From positions 33,108-97,107 of the forward strand of contig JAPDQV010000010.1 in the NCBI GenBank assembly GCA_034505495.1: a stretch of 64,000 nt of DNA, read 5' to 3'. Position 1 is the first letter of the stretch. Each line of letters starts with the position of its first letter. This document shows positions 1-10,514 of the stretch, piece after piece. Under the pieces are notes generated by a model that was not told where the DNA came from, did not search any database, and saw nothing but the letters and a program-made list of their open reading frames with translations. The DNA is from Candidatus Zhuqueibacterota bacterium. Lineage in GTDB: Bacteria; Zhuqueibacterota; Zhuqueibacteria; Residuimicrobiales; Krinioviventaceae. The translations under genes and the position numbers were made by a program.

Positions 1-568
1 GATCGTCGCGCGGGATGTAGATCGGCTGCATGGTCTGATTTTCCGGCTGCAGCCGTATGCGATCTTTTTCGCGGTAAAATCGCTTGACAGTCGCCTCGTC
101 TTCCAACAGGGCGATAATAATGTCGCCGTTGCGGCAGCTTTGGGTCTGTTCGACCACCAGGATGTCGCCGTCGCGAATGTCGGCGTCGATCATGCTGTGG
201 CCGTGAACGCGCAAAAGAAAGAGATTTTCCTTGCCCGCCCAATCCAGGTCCAAATAAAGTTCCGCTTCCTTTTCCTCATAGGCCAATTGCGGCATACCCG
301 CCTCCACTTTGCCCAAAAGCGGAAACGGCCGAACGCGGCGCGTCATCGAATCATCCTCGACCAGTCCGAGCGAACGCGATTTGCGCTCATCTTTGCGCAG
401 ATAGCCCTTGTCTTTCAACACCTGCAGGATCTTGTGCACACTGGCAGGCGAAGAAAGACCAAACCACTCCGCCAGTTCGCGCACGGTCGGCGGATAACCG
501 TTCCGGTTCTGGAACTCGCGCACCGCCTCCAGCACCTGGCGCTGCTTGGGGGTCAACTCTTCTTCCAT
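1..568 (-). CDS. lexA: LexA transcriptional repressor (C-terminus runs off the window start)
   Basis: Reverse-strand translation starting at the ATG at 566-568 reads MEEELTPKQRQVLEAVREFQNRNGYPPTVRELAEWFGLSSPASVHKILQVLKDKGYLRKDERKSRSLGLVED..., with the LexA winged-helix and S24 peptidase region (VHGHSMIDADIRDGDILVV). The ORF track shows only spurious plus-strand ORFs here because the stop lies outside the window. Confidence 0.8.
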   Translation of the reverse strand, partial: MEEELTPKQRQVLEAVREFQNRNGYPPTVRELAEWFGLSSPASVHKILQVLKDKGYLRKDERKSRSLGLVEDDSMTRRVRPFPLLGKVEAGMPQLAYEEKEAELYLDLDWAGKENLFLLRVHGHSMIDADIRDGDILVVEQTQSCRNGDIIIALLEDEATVKRFYREKDRIRLQPENQTMQPIYIPRDD

Positions 569-571
569 AGG

Positions 572-604
572 CAAACAGTTTGTCATTTATATGAACATTT
601 GTTT
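572..604. promoter_or_regulatory. Candidate SOS/LexA operator region immediately upstream of lexA
   Basis: Perfect 11-bp palindrome CAAACAGTTTG at 572-582, plus a GAAC-N4-GTTT motif at 593-604 (one mismatch from the GAAC-N4-GTTC Cheo box). Both lie within 40 nt of the lexA start. Confidence 0.25.
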
Positions 605-942
605 GCTTATTATACGAAAATAATGTTCGCTTGTCAAGGATTTTTTTCCTTAAATCGATAAATTTTAAAGCCGAGGTGACGCTTCCTGCGAGCGAACAGC
701 GTATACCGAGCAGAGTGTTCACCAAAAAGCAGGGTTCCATGTTAGGTCGTGGTTTTCTTGGATTGCTGAACAGTCGATTGAACGTTTGACGGTCCGGATG
801 CTGAGGCTCGACCGCCTGCATCATTTTCCGATAAATTTGCTTTGCGTAACTCCATCTCAAAAAATGTCCCCAACTTGACCCGCATCAATATTTGCCGATG
901 CCGCTCAGCGTATATTCTTTTGTCAAATGAAAGGAATCGGCT

Positions 943-1272
943 ATGAAAGAAGAAACCCCACTCGGTGCCGTTAGTTTAGCGGCATCCGTCTCTTATCAGG
1001 AGAACTCGATCGTCAGTCAAACCCTGCTCAAGCGGTCGAGCGGCACGCTGACGCTGTTCGCTTTCGATAAAGGCCAGGCGCTGAGCGAGCACACGGCGCC
1101 GTTCGACGCCGTGGTGCAGGTCATCGACGGCAAGGCGCAAATCATCATCGCCGGCAAGCCCTATCTGGTCAGCGCAGGCGAATATATCATCATGCCGGCC
1201 AATGTGCCGCACGCGGTGAATGCCGTCGAGCGCTTTAAAATGCTGCTGACCATGCTGCGCAGCGCCGAGTAG
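943..1272 (+). CDS. Cupin-domain protein
   Basis: 109-aa ORF with an ATG at 943 preceded by an AAAGGAA RBS-like motif. Small beta-barrel composition with G(x)5HxH-like features (PANVPHAVNAV) typical of cupin_2 proteins. Confidence 0.55.
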   Translation: MKEETPLGAVSLAASVSYQENSIVSQTLLKRSSGTLTLFAFDKGQALSEHTAPFDAVVQVIDGKAQIIIAGKPYLVSAGEYIIMPANVPHAVNAVERFKMLLTMLRSAE

Positions 1273-1331
1273 CGAGCCTAGTTTTTGGCCTCGCAGCAGC
1301 AGATTCGGCTGGATCAAACGGTGCTTTCAGT

Positions 1332-1571
1332 TTAGGCTGCATCTTGTTGCGTACGGCGGAAAAAGCCGGTAAAGATCAGGGCAACTCCGGCCAGCGTCAG
1401 CAAGCCGGCCAAAACCCAAAGCAGAGCGAGAAAAAGCTCGAGCTTGTCTATGCCTAAAAACAAACCGACCTTGGTTTTGGTTTTGCCGATAAGAGCATAG
1501 ACGAGAGGCATTCGAAAGAAAAAAAGAGCTGCCCCGCCGGCCGACAAAATAAGGCCGAATATTTTTCTCAT
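1332..1571 (-). CDS. Small hydrophobic membrane protein (two predicted TM helices)
   Basis: 79-aa ORF with ATG start; two hydrophobic stretches (GLILSAGGAALFFF and LALLWVLAGLLTLAGVALIF). Confidence 0.35.
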   Translation of the reverse strand: MRKIFGLILSAGGAALFFFRMPLVYALIGKTKTKVGLFLGIDKLELFLALLWVLAGLLTLAGVALIFTGFFRRTQQDAA

Positions 1572-1721
1572 CTTAACCTCTGCTGATTCAAATTCGCAAC
1601 TACAAGACTTTTCCGTCGCCGATGAGGAAGTCCTTAAGCCGGCTAATTTGCAGAAAAGCTGGTGTTCGCCAGGTTGTCTTCCCGTGCACTATTTCCAACG
1701 GGCTGATAGGGTGCCGTAAAG

Positions 1722-3551
1722 TTACTCTTCGCCCCATCGCTCTCGTCGGCTCTGCAGCGCCCTTTTTGCCTTGTCGCGCTCCATCTTTGCCAGCCGTATG
1801 CTCTGCGGCGTGACTTCGACGACTTCATCCTCGGCGATGAATTCGATGCACTGATCCAGGGACAGCATGCGCGGCGGCCGAATGGTTACGGCAATGTCCG
1901 AGGTGGAGCTGCGCATGTTGGTCAATTTTTTTTCGCGCGTGATGTTGATGTCCAAATCGCCGCTGCGGTTGCGCTCGCCGACGATCATCCCTTCATAAAC
2001 CAGTGTTCCCGGTTCGAGGAACAGTTCGCCGCGGTCGGCCATCGCCAAAGCCGCATAAGCCGTCACTCTGCCCGGACGATCGGCCACCAGTGCGCCGCTG
2101 GCGCGCTGCGGAATGGGACCCGCCCAAGGCTCCCAGCCGTGAAAAATCGAATTGAGAACGCCGGATCCTTTGGTGTCGGTGAGAAAATGGCTGCGGAAGC
2201 CGATCAAGCCGCGTGAAGGAATGATAAACTCGAGCAGAACGCGGCCGTGCCCCTTGTTGATCAAGTTGATCATTCGGCCTTTGCGCGACGAGAGCTTTTG
2301 TGTCACCACGCCGACATACTCTTCCGGCACATCGATCATCACCTCTTCGGTCGGCTCACACCGGACGCCGTTGATTTCTTTGGTAATCACCTGCGGCTTG
2401 GAAACCATGAACTCGTAGCCTTCGCGCCGCATGGTTTCGATGAGCACGGCCATCTGCAGCTCGCCGCGTCCCTTGACCTTAAAGGCATCCGGCCGCTCAG
2501 TCTCCTCGACTTCAATGGCGACATTGCCGAGCGTTTCGCGCTCGAGCCGCTCACGCAGATGTCGTGATGTGAGGTACTTGCCTTCTTTTCCCGCAAAGGG
2601 ACTGGAGTTGACGTAAAAAATCATCGACAGCGTGGGTTCGTCTACCTGAATGCGCGGCAAAGGCTCCGGCGCATCGCTCGCCGCAAGTGTGTCGCCGATG
2701 CGTACTCCCTCGACGCCCGCAAAGGCGGCAATATCGCCCGCTTCGACCCGATCGACCATTTTTCGACTTAGATTTTCGAATGTATACAGAGCAGAAAATT
2801 TGACGCCGAGCTGTACCCCTTGCTCGCTGCATAATGCATAGGCGGTGTTCATCTCCAAGGCGCCGCGCCACAGTCGACCCACGGCAATCTGACCGACATA
2901 AGGGTCATAGTCCAAATTCGTGACAAGAAACTGCATCGGCGCGTTGTCGTCGGCCTCAGGGCCGGGTATAGTGTCGAGAATCGCTTCAAACAGCGGCTCC
3001 AAAGATGTCGAACCGTCGCCCAGCTGCCGATGGGCAATCCCTTTCTTCGCGTTGGTGTAGAGGATGGGAAAATCGATTTGGCTCTCATCGGCATCGAGGT
3101 CGATAAAGAGGTCGTACACCTCGTTGACGACCTGCTGGATGCGGGCATCGGCGCGGTCGATCTTGTTGACGACGAGAAGCATCGGCAGCCGTTTCTCCAA
3201 CGCTTTCTTTACGACAAAGCGCGTTTGCGGCAGCGGTCCCTCGGCTGCATCGACGAGCAGCAGCGCGCCGTCCACAAGGTTCAGGCTGCGTTCCACCTCA
3301 CCGCCGAAATCGGCGTGCCCCGGCGTGTCGACGATGTTGATCTTGACGCCCTTGTAATTGACCGCCGTATTTTTGGCCATGATGGTGATGCCGCGCTCGC
3401 GCTCTAAATCCAGCGAGTCCATAATCCGCTCCGCCACCTGCTGATTGGCGCGGAAAATCCCGCTCTGGCGCAGCATGCCGTCCACCAAGGTGGTCTTGCC
3501 GTGATCGACGTGCGCAATGATGGCAATATTGCGAATTGTATTCTTTCTCAT
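1722..3551 (-). CDS. typA: Translational GTPase TypA/BipA
   Basis: [25 protein letters not shown]1 motif, [12 protein letters not shown]; the ~610 aa length and C-terminal region match BipA. The ATG at 3549-3551 is chosen over the upstream in-frame ATG. Confidence 0.9.
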   Translation of the reverse strand: MRKNTIRNIAIIAHVDHGKTTLVDGMLRQSGIFRANQQVAERIMDSLDLERERGITIMAKNTAVNYKGVKINIVDTPGHADFGGEVERSLNLVDGALLLVDAAEGPLPQTRFVVKKALEKRLPMLLVVNKIDRADARIQQVVNEVYDLFIDLDADESQIDFPILYTNAKKGIAHRQLGDGSTSLEPLFEAILDTIPGPEADDNAPMQFLVTNLDYDPYVGQIAVGRLWRGALEMNTAYALCSEQGVQLGVKFSALYTFENLSRKMVDRVEAGDIAAFAGVEGVRIGDTLAASDAPEPLPRIQVDEPTLSMIFYVNSSPFAGKEGKYLTSRHLRERLERETLGNVAIEVEETERPDAFKVKGRGELQMAVLIETMRREGYEFMVSKPQVITKEINGVRCEPTEEVMIDVPEEYVGVVTQKLSSRKGRMINLINKGHGRVLLEFIIPSRGLIGFRSHFLTDTKGSGVLNSIFHGWEPWAGPIPQRASGALVADRPGRVTAYAALAMADRGELFLEPGTLVYEGMIVGERNRSGDLDINITREKKLTNMRSSTSDIAVTIRPPRMLSLDQCIEFIAEDEVVEVTPQSIRLAKMERDKAKRALQSRRERWGEE

Positions 3552-3818
3552 GCATCCTCTCATTGAATGAAGATCTTTTTACGGGTCTTCGGTCTCCAAA
3601 GTCATTTTGTAAATCTGCAGCGAACCGCCTGCCCCTATGCGCCTGCAGGAAGCGCTTTTATTAAATTCCTTTGTCCGATTGGGAATGCTCTCGACTTTAT
3701 GCGGCAGCAGCTTTCTATGCAGCATTGTCGCGCTCGGTGCGGAGTATTGCCGCCTCGCACCGACCGGCAACAGGCGGGTGGGCAATCCGCAGATCTCTCA
3801 TTACAGTACAATTGCCCG

Positions 3819-5819
3819 TTACTTGAGCAGGAGAATCGGCCGACAAAGTCGCGTCGACCCTGCCTGCAGAATCGCCCAATAAACCCCCGAAGCAACGACG
3901 CTGCCGAACGCGTCGCTGCCGTCCCAATAAACGCTGCCCTCCCGCTGCGGCTCTCCCTGCCCTTCGAGCGTCCTCACGGATCGGCCATCCGCATCGACGA
4001 TTTCGATCGTAACACGCCCTTCATAGGGCACCATAAAGCGGAAAGTCGTCCCGGCATTGAATGGATTGGGATAGCTTTGCAGCAGGAAGGGCGAAATTAC
4101 GGTTTCTCGGCGTTCTTCCACCTTGGTCTCCTGCTTGAGCACAAAGTTCAAGGCGCTTAAATTATAACCGCCGCGCTGAGCGATGTGCGCAAGGTCATGC
4201 GTCCCCTTTTCCAAAACGATGCCGGAGAGCGTAACGGATCGCCACGCCTGCCAGCCGCCAGTATTGGGAATCGCCGCCAAACCCAGCGGCTTGCCGTCGA
4301 GCTGCAGCACGGCCTGCCCTCCGCCGGTAGCAGAAGCGACCCGCAGTTCGATGTCATACACGCCGCTCTTTTCCACCGTCACGGTATATTTTTGCCACTC
4401 GCCGCTCTCGATCCAGCCGATGTTGAACGGCGCTCCCTGGGCATCGCTGCAGTTCTCTATATCGACGCCGTCGTTGCGGTATTTCCATCCCATGTTCCAT
4501 GCGGAGCCCCCGACGCCGTCGGTGTTCTCCGAACGGGTGTCTTTATAGGCCAAGCCGGCGTTGCCGTAATCATAGTCTACGGCGGCAATTTTGCCCGGAA
4601 TGCGGTGCTCTTTGAACGGCAGCCGCCGCACGGCAAAATCCGGCCGCATCAGGGCGTCGATCACATCCGGCAAAAACGTGCAGTTTTCCAGCTTGAGACC
4701 GCGCGCCATCTCCATCAGGCCGTCCATGGCCGCCTGAACCGTCGGCTTGCCGGCTTCTCCGCGCCAATATGCCAACACACGCTCGTATTTGGCCGGAAGC
4801 GGAGCAGAATAGGGACTGCTGATGGTTTCGACCTTTTTGTGCGCCCACCAACACCAGCCGATGTCGTTCTTTTCGCACGCACGAACGACGGCAGAGTACC
4901 ACGGGTTCGAGTTTTCGCCGGATTCCCCTAACCACAAGGGAACATTTTGCTGCGACCTTAAAGCGAGGTAGCTGTTCAGCGTGCTTTCCGCCGTGCTGCT
5001 CCAATACTTGTGAAAGCTGTAGGCCATGTTGTCGTCGATCGGCGGCCCGAGCTGGTTGAAATCGGTACCCCAAGCATTACCTTCGAGAAAAAGCAGATGG
5101 TTTTGATCCACCTGACGGATGGCCTGCGCAATGCGCCGATAAAGCGATCGTAAAGCGCTGTTGGAATAGCCCGAAGGCAAAACCGGCTCGTTGAGCAGAT
5201 CATAGCCGCCGATCCACTCCTCGTTCGCATACCGTTCGGCGATTTTCTGCCAAAGTTCCACGGTTCTGTCCTGATTCGCCTTGACTGTCCACAATCGCGC
5301 AACCTGGCCGTCGCTGTCGCTGATGTTGCCGGCATTCTGTCCGCCCGGTGCACAGTGGAGATCGAGGATCAAATAGAGCCGATACTTTTTACACCATTCC
5401 AGCACATTATCAATGACCTGAAAGCCTTCTTCCAAATAAACTCCCGGCCGGTCTTCCGGCGTCAGCAGCCGATAGTTGAACGGCAGACGCACCGAATTGC
5501 AGCCCCACGAAGCGATGGCGGCGATGTCGGCCTCGGACACATAGTTCGCTTCATACTCACGATAAAAAACCGCGGCGTTCTCCTCGCCCACCAAATCGAC
5601 AATTTGTTTTCGGATCGAAGACGGAGAACCAAAACCGGGGATGTGAAGCATATAGCCCTCAGGTACCAGCCAGCCGCCGAGTCCGTAGCCGCGCAGCAGC
5701 ACCGGTTTGCCGTCGCCGTCGACAATCTGCTTTCCGGAAGCTTTCAAAAAAGCAAAAGCCGGCGATGCAGCAATGAACAGAACAAGCAATATAATGATGC
5801 TTTTTCTTGCCTTTTGCAT
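3819..5819 (-). CDS. Glycoside hydrolase family 5 endoglucanase with a carbohydrate-binding region and T9SS C-terminal sorting domain
   Basis: Signal peptide MQKARKSIIILLVLFIAASPAFAF. GH5 catalytic NEP motif (GYDLLNEPV). C-terminal ~80 aa (PNPFNAGTTFRF...VYWAILQAGSTRLCRPILLLK) is Por_Secre_tail-like. Confidence 0.8.
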   Translation of the reverse strand: MQKARKSIIILLVLFIAASPAFAFLKASGKQIVDGDGKPVLLRGYGLGGWLVPEGYMLHIPGFGSPSSIRKQIVDLVGEENAAVFYREYEANYVSEADIAAIASWGCNSVRLPFNYRLLTPEDRPGVYLEEGFQVIDNVLEWCKKYRLYLILDLHCAPGGQNAGNISDSDGQVARLWTVKANQDRTVELWQKIAERYANEEWIGGYDLLNEPVLPSGYSNSALRSLYRRIAQAIRQVDQNHLLFLEGNAWGTDFNQLGPPIDDNMAYSFHKYWSSTAESTLNSYLALRSQQNVPLWLGESGENSNPWYSAVVRACEKNDIGWCWWAHKKVETISSPYSAPLPAKYERVLAYWRGEAGKPTVQAAMDGLMEMARGLKLENCTFLPDVIDALMRPDFAVRRLPFKEHRIPGKIAAVDYDYGNAGLAYKDTRSENTDGVGGSAWNMGWKYRNDGVDIENCSDAQGAPFNIGWIESGEWQKYTVTVEKSGVYDIELRVASATGGGQAVLQLDGKPLGLAAIPNTGGWQAWRSVTLSGIVLEKGTHDLAHIAQRGGYNLSALNFVLKQETKVEERRETVISPFLLQSYPNPFNAGTTFRFMVPYEGRVTIEIVDADGRSVRTLEGQGEPQREGSVYWDGSDAFGSVVASGVYWAILQAGSTRLCRPILLLK

Positions 5820-5960
5820 AGTCAGCCCTTTCCGCCACTTTGGCAACGGGTAAGTTACGAAAAAGATTTGCAGATTGCATCATTTGTTTTTTTTCATACA
5901 ATTTTGTTTATTGTTTATACCCACATCTCTCAGTCGAAAAATAACTTTGAGGAGCAAGAG

Positions 5961-7514
5961 ATGAAGAATCTAACCAGTTGGGCTAAGCGGAACACCTTGG
6001 TGTTCATCTGTCTTTTCTCCTCGGCCTCCACTCTATCTGCCGAATACCTTCCCGGCGACCAGTTCGAGCCGTGGGAAGGTGGGCCCGCCTACTATGCGCA
6101 GTGGCCGAACGGTCCCTCACCGGCTTCCGACTTTTTCCCCATTGCCGTCTGGCTGCAAAGTCCCGAAGCAGGTACGGCAAAAACCTATAAAGCCGTCGGC
6201 ATCAACACGTTTATCGGTCTGTGGCAGGGCCCCACCGCCGGTCAGCTTAACGCCGTGGCCTCGCTCGGCTTAAAGACCATCTGCGCGCAAAATACGCTCG
6301 GCCTCACCCATTTTCGCAATAACGTCATTATCGCCTGGCTGCAGGATGATGAGCCGGACAATGCACAAAACGGCACGCAGGATCCCGTACCGCCGAGCGA
6401 AATCATCCGCCGTTACCAGGACATGAAGGCCGCCGATCCGACGCGGCCCGTCTATCTCAATCTGGGCCAAGGCGTCGCCTGTGACGAGTGGTACGGCCGC
6501 GGCAATCGGACTAACCACCCCGAGGATTACCGGGAATACGCCAAAGGTGCCGACATCCTTAGTTTCGACGTCTATCCGATGAACGTCTTTCCTTTGCCCG
6601 ACAACGCTGCGCCGTGGTTCAAAGCGTTTCACAATAAAGTGGCGCAGGACATCCGATACGTCGCCTACGGCACCGAAAACCTGCGCAAGTGGTGCGACTA
6701 TGCCAAACCGGTTTGGGTGTGGATCGAAACGACCAACATCGACGGCGATAGCCGCTATGCCCTGACGCCGCAGATCGTCCGCGCCGAGGTCTGGCTGGCG
6801 CTCATCCACGGCGCGCGCGGCATCGGCTATTTCTGCCATCAATTCAGCCCGACCTTTATCGAGGCGGGACTTTTGGCGAATGCCGCCATGGCTAAAGGAG
6901 TCGAGACCGTCAATCTGCAGATCACGGCGCTGGCGGCTGTACTTAACACGCCGAGCGTAAGCAACGGCCTCACGGTCGCATCGGCAAATCCTGCAACTCC
7001 CGTCGATGCAACGCTGAAGCGACACGACGGATACACCTACGTGTTTGCCGCCGCAACGCGGCCCGGATCAACCACCGTCACCTTTACTCTACGCGATTTC
7101 GGCAACGGCATGGTCGAGGTCATTGACGAAAACCGCTCGCTCGCCATGACCGAAGGCGTTTTTCGCGACGAGTTTTCAGACTACGCCGTTCATTTGTACA
7201 AAGTCGCCCATACGGCGGTGACAAAAGTGGGAAAAGCCGAAAAGCAAAATCTCGATTTACGGCTCTTACACGCCGGAAACCCCTTTAATGACGAGACAGT
7301 CATTGCGTTTTTTCTCCCTCAGGAGAGCAACATAACCTTGGATGTCTATGATTCATTTGGGAGAAAAGTCGCTGAACTGATGCGGGGCAGAAAGCCTGCC
7401 GGCAATTATCGGGTGCCGTTCCGGCCCGATCCTAAACTTGCCGGCGGGGTATTCTTTTGCGTGCTGCAAACCGAGCAAAGTACGAGCGTCGGAAAACTGC
7501 TTTATCTTAAATAA
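5961..7514 (+). CDS. Secreted TIM-barrel-like glycoside hydrolase of uncertain family, with T9SS C-terminal domain
   Basis: The real start is the ATG at 5961 (MKNLTSWAKRNTLVFICLFSSASTLSAEY, signal peptide). The upstream part of the track ORF is antisense to the GH5 gene. C-terminus NPFNDETVIAFFLP...VFFCVLQTEQSTSVGKLLYLK is Por_Secre_tail-like. The catalytic region is rich in W/Y/D, as expected of a glycosidase. Confidence 0.55.
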   Translation: MKNLTSWAKRNTLVFICLFSSASTLSAEYLPGDQFEPWEGGPAYYAQWPNGPSPASDFFPIAVWLQSPEAGTAKTYKAVGINTFIGLWQGPTAGQLNAVASLGLKTICAQNTLGLTHFRNNVIIAWLQDDEPDNAQNGTQDPVPPSEIIRRYQDMKAADPTRPVYLNLGQGVACDEWYGRGNRTNHPEDYREYAKGADILSFDVYPMNVFPLPDNAAPWFKAFHNKVAQDIRYVAYGTENLRKWCDYAKPVWVWIETTNIDGDSRYALTPQIVRAEVWLALIHGARGIGYFCHQFSPTFIEAGLLANAAMAKGVETVNLQITALAAVLNTPSVSNGLTVASANPATPVDATLKRHDGYTYVFAAATRPGSTTVTFTLRDFGNGMVEVIDENRSLAMTEGVFRDEFSDYAVHLYKVAHTAVTKVGKAEKQNLDLRLLHAGNPFNDETVIAFFLPQESNITLDVYDSFGRKVAELMRGRKPAGNYRVPFRPDPKLAGGVFFCVLQTEQSTSVGKLLYLK

Positions 7515-7621
7515 CCTCGAGCCGCCCGCGACAAGCACTCTAACCCTGCTGTTCCCTAAGAGAGAAGCCCGGCGGGAAGGCGAGGACGTCTTGCCTCTTG
7601 TCCTTCCCGCCGATGATGTCA

Positions 7622-10162
7622 CTACCGTTGTACTAAATCTTGAAGTGCATGTGCCGCCAAAATGTAATGGGCGCAAATGTCAATGACGTACTCGTTCTCG
7701 CCCCACAGAAACGGCCAATCCTCTTTATTTTCTAAAAAATCAGGCTTTATAAGCAAAAGACCTGGCACAACGCCGCCGGCAATAAAAGTAAAATCAGCGC
7801 GATTGTTGCCGTAGGCAATCTTTTTCGAACGCACGCCGACGCCCGAAACAAACGAAATATTGGAGTAGGGATGACACCCGAAAATATAATCCATACCGCG
7901 GAACGCGTATTCGGCACCGATTATCTCCGGAAAAGCTTTGTGCAGGAGATAATTGGTCTCTACCCAGTCGATGATCGTTCCATTTCCGGCCCAACCGCCG
8001 GTCGTTATGGGAATGCCGAAGGGATTCTGCTTCAAGAGCTCATCATTATAGGCTTTGAATTTCTGCACAAAAGGCAGCAGTTTTTTCCGATATGCCTGAT
8101 CCCGATAAGGCAGAGCCGATACCGCGGTTTTGATGAGCCGAGTCGAGGACCGTTCGAGCTCGGACCATAGCAGCTTGTCAAACAGGTCGGCATAGGCTTG
8201 ATCTTTTGTCGAGATGTACAACTGCAGCGCCGCATTCAGTTCCGGAGCCCCCATGCCGAACGGACCGCCTCGCCGTCCCTCCTGAACGCGCCTCTGCTCT
8301 TCGGCAAAGGCTTTTTTCGCGGCAGTCAAGCACTCCTCGGCCAGCTCGTCAAGGTAGCTGCGCAAAGCGCGCGACGCGGCGGCCAGTGCGGCGATCGAGG
8401 CATAATTGTTCCACGGCAGATCGTTGGTGAAAACCCACCGGTCGTCCGGCGTGCCGCTTGTCAAGCCGTCTGATTGATAGGGCTTCAGTTTCGGATTAAA
8501 AGGCAGGTTGTCCGTAATGTTCGAGGCGTCTCCCAGGTGGTGGTATTGGTGTAAATTCGGCTCGATGATGCCGCTGATCGCCCGGCCGAAAGCGCGGTGC
8601 TGAGCAAGGATTGCCAGGATGCCCTGTTCAATTTGCTGCAAAATGTCCGGTTTACCGTCCGGGTGATGAATATCAACGAATCGTTGCGACTGATCCACCA
8701 GAGTTTCATCGCGCTGCGGTCGGAACCGTTCCCATGTGTTCACCAAGTTCATGACGGCGGCGCAGTGGGAACCGGTGCGAATATCGAAATCGCCGGCGTC
8801 GAACCATCCGCCGATGTTCAAGCCGGGCACGCGCTCGCCGGGCTGGTAACGCGTCTCGGTGCTCCCGCCCATGCGGTATCCGTCAAAGTGCTGATGATTG
8901 ATCGGCGCCTGCAGAGCGTCGTCCAGGTGAGCGGCACCATGCCAGACTCGATAGGCTTCGTTAACGAACATGTGATCCATCTGCACCGGAAACCAGACGT
9001 CCAGCGTCGGATGCCAAATCCCCTCAAAGACATGCGCGCCGATCAAAAAAGGTCCGCTTTGCTCGTCGCCATATTGAATGCGGTATATCCCTTCCTCCTG
9101 CAGCGATGAAAAGTCGAAGCGCAGATAATGATAGCGATAAAAATCGCCCCAATCCTGTGTTCTGCCGCGGTATTTTTCGACCCATTGACCGTTTGCCTCC
9201 AACTTGTGCACAACTGCTTGCTGCAGAGGAACGTCGTTTTTATCCAGCTCGATCACAGCCGTCTTGGGCTGAGTCGGGTGATAGCCGACCTGCGAATAGG
9301 CGATCATGGGTCGACGTTTCCAATTGGGGAGCGTGGTCGGCGTCAGTTGCCACTCGACCACCAGGCCGGTACGATCGGCCGGAAGAAGTGTGCGTACGAC
9401 ATACCAGCCGTTCTGCGCCACGCTGCGCCCGTCAAAAAGCTGCAGATCGCCGTCGAGAAGAGAGCGAATGGTGATGCAGCGTTCGGGATCTTCCGGCGCC
9501 AGAGTAAGCACTTTGCCCGTTGCAAACGGTTTGGGCTCCACATACTCGCCGCGGCCGCGATCGTCGAACGTCGAGTGGCCGGCGTATTGCCGAATCTGCG
9601 TCGACATCGGCTTGACTTCCATCGAATTGCAGGGATAGAGCGGGAAAATGCCTGTACGGTCGTCTATTCGATAGGTCTTTTCAAAATAAGCGGAAGGCAA
9701 AAATTCAAGGTTGAATCCGGTGCGTCCGTTCAGCTTTTCGGGCAAAGGCTGATCGAGATAGACGCGGAAAAAGGCGCTCCGGCCTTGAGCAAAAACCACC
9801 ACTCTGGAGGTAAAATCGAACTCGTCGTAGCGCAGCGTTATCTCGACGCTGTTTTCTTCGCGATTAACTTTTCGCTCTACGAGCCTGGGGATTTGATCCC
9901 ATTGTTCCGGCGTCGGTTTGAGCCTGACCGCTCCGCCGGTGGCCGTCCGCACCCCGTGATGGATAAGAATGATGCCGGAGGTCTTTTCGTCAAAGAACAT
10001 GCCGGTGTAGGCATTTTCGAACGCCAGCACATTAAAGCCCGGCATTTCAAAATATTCTTTGTCATTCAGCTTGAGAAAGCTCTCCTCAGCGGAGAACGCA
10101 TTCCCCAAAAATAAAACGGCAAAAAGCAAAAAGATCCGTTTGCAGAAGCGATGTTTCATCAT
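7622..10162 (-). CDS. Glycoside hydrolase family 9 endoglucanase with an N-terminal Ig-like (CelD_N) domain
   Basis: Signal peptide MMKHRFCKRIFLLFAVLFLGNAFSA. GH9 signature GGWFDAGDFD. ~845 aa. No obvious T9SS tail. Confidence 0.8.
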   Translation of the reverse strand: MMKHRFCKRIFLLFAVLFLGNAFSAEESFLKLNDKEYFEMPGFNVLAFENAYTGMFFDEKTSGIILIHHGVRTATGGAVRLKPTPEQWDQIPRLVERKVNREENSVEITLRYDEFDFTSRVVVFAQGRSAFFRVYLDQPLPEKLNGRTGFNLEFLPSAYFEKTYRIDDRTGIFPLYPCNSMEVKPMSTQIRQYAGHSTFDDRGRGEYVEPKPFATGKVLTLAPEDPERCITIRSLLDGDLQLFDGRSVAQNGWYVVRTLLPADRTGLVVEWQLTPTTLPNWKRRPMIAYSQVGYHPTQPKTAVIELDKNDVPLQQAVVHKLEANGQWVEKYRGRTQDWGDFYRYHYLRFDFSSLQEEGIYRIQYGDEQSGPFLIGAHVFEGIWHPTLDVWFPVQMDHMFVNEAYRVWHGAAHLDDALQAPINHQHFDGYRMGGSTETRYQPGERVPGLNIGGWFDAGDFDIRTGSHCAAVMNLVNTWERFRPQRDETLVDQSQRFVDIHHPDGKPDILQQIEQGILAILAQHRAFGRAISGIIEPNLHQYHHLGDASNITDNLPFNPKLKPYQSDGLTSGTPDDRWVFTNDLPWNNYASIAALAAASRALRSYLDELAEECLTAAKKAFAEEQRRVQEGRRGGPFGMGAPELNAALQLYISTKDQAYADLFDKLLWSELERSSTRLIKTAVSALPYRDQAYRKKLLPFVQKFKAYNDELLKQNPFGIPITTGGWAGNGTIIDWVETNYLLHKAFPEIIGAEYAFRGMDYIFGCHPYSNISFVSGVGVRSKKIAYGNNRADFTFIAGGVVPGLLLIKPDFLENKEDWPFLWGENEYVIDICAHYILAAHALQDLVQR

Positions 10163-10514
10163 GCATCCCTCAGTTTTTTGTTTTTCCACTTGGTATTCAG
10201 CTTTGTCAATCCATACCGTCGATCGACAAACAGCCCGGCAAAAGCCGTCGCATCATCCGGTCATTCAATAGTATCGCATCCTTTGCAAAGCATGCAGTAA
10301 GTGATTTTTGCTGCCCGGCTCGCAAGACGGAAGGGATTGTGATTTGACGAACGCTGGGTACCGGGTTGTTTTGACAAACGCAAAATGATGTTGAATGTTC
10401 TCTAATCCAAGGCAACGGAGAAACTGACGCCGCTCGGCCTCGGCAGGCCAAAGACCAACGCGCCGGCCCTCATCTGCAAAGGCTAAGGTTGAACATTGCA
10501 AAACAACGGCAGTT

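Noticed and set aside
140-860. Track ORFs 140-661 (+) and 387-860 (-)
   Set aside because: Low-complexity translations rich in R/H/Q with no domain signal. The 140-661 ORF is the antisense or out-of-frame shadow of the genuine reverse-strand lexA gene (1-568), which the track omits because its stop lies outside the window.
3298-3927. Several 60-90 aa ORFs between typA and the GH5 gene (3567-4160 +, 3635-3895 -, 3715-3927 -)
   Set aside because: They overlap the 3' end of the GH5 coding region or the typA start and have Arg/Cys/Gly-rich translations typical of off-frame reads. No start-site or RBS support.
9128-10114. 328-aa plus-strand ORF inside the GH9 gene (also 17111-18568 inside GH10, 20050-21147 inside glgX, 31825-33015 inside GH97, 33957-35147 opposite the gfo gene, 50858-53191 opposite PQQ genes, 15830-16747 opposite phoU)
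   Set aside because: These long antisense ORFs are typical high-GC shadow frames. Their translations are Arg/Ala/Gly-rich with no motifs, while the opposite strand carries unambiguous conserved proteins.
10190-10514. ~325-bp intergenic region between the GH9 start and the NlpC/P60 gene as a possible riboswitch/ncRNA
   Set aside because: No recognisable conserved riboswitch core (no cobalamin, TPP, SAM or glycine consensus segments) could be read by eye. It is left unannotated; an Rfam scan would be needed.
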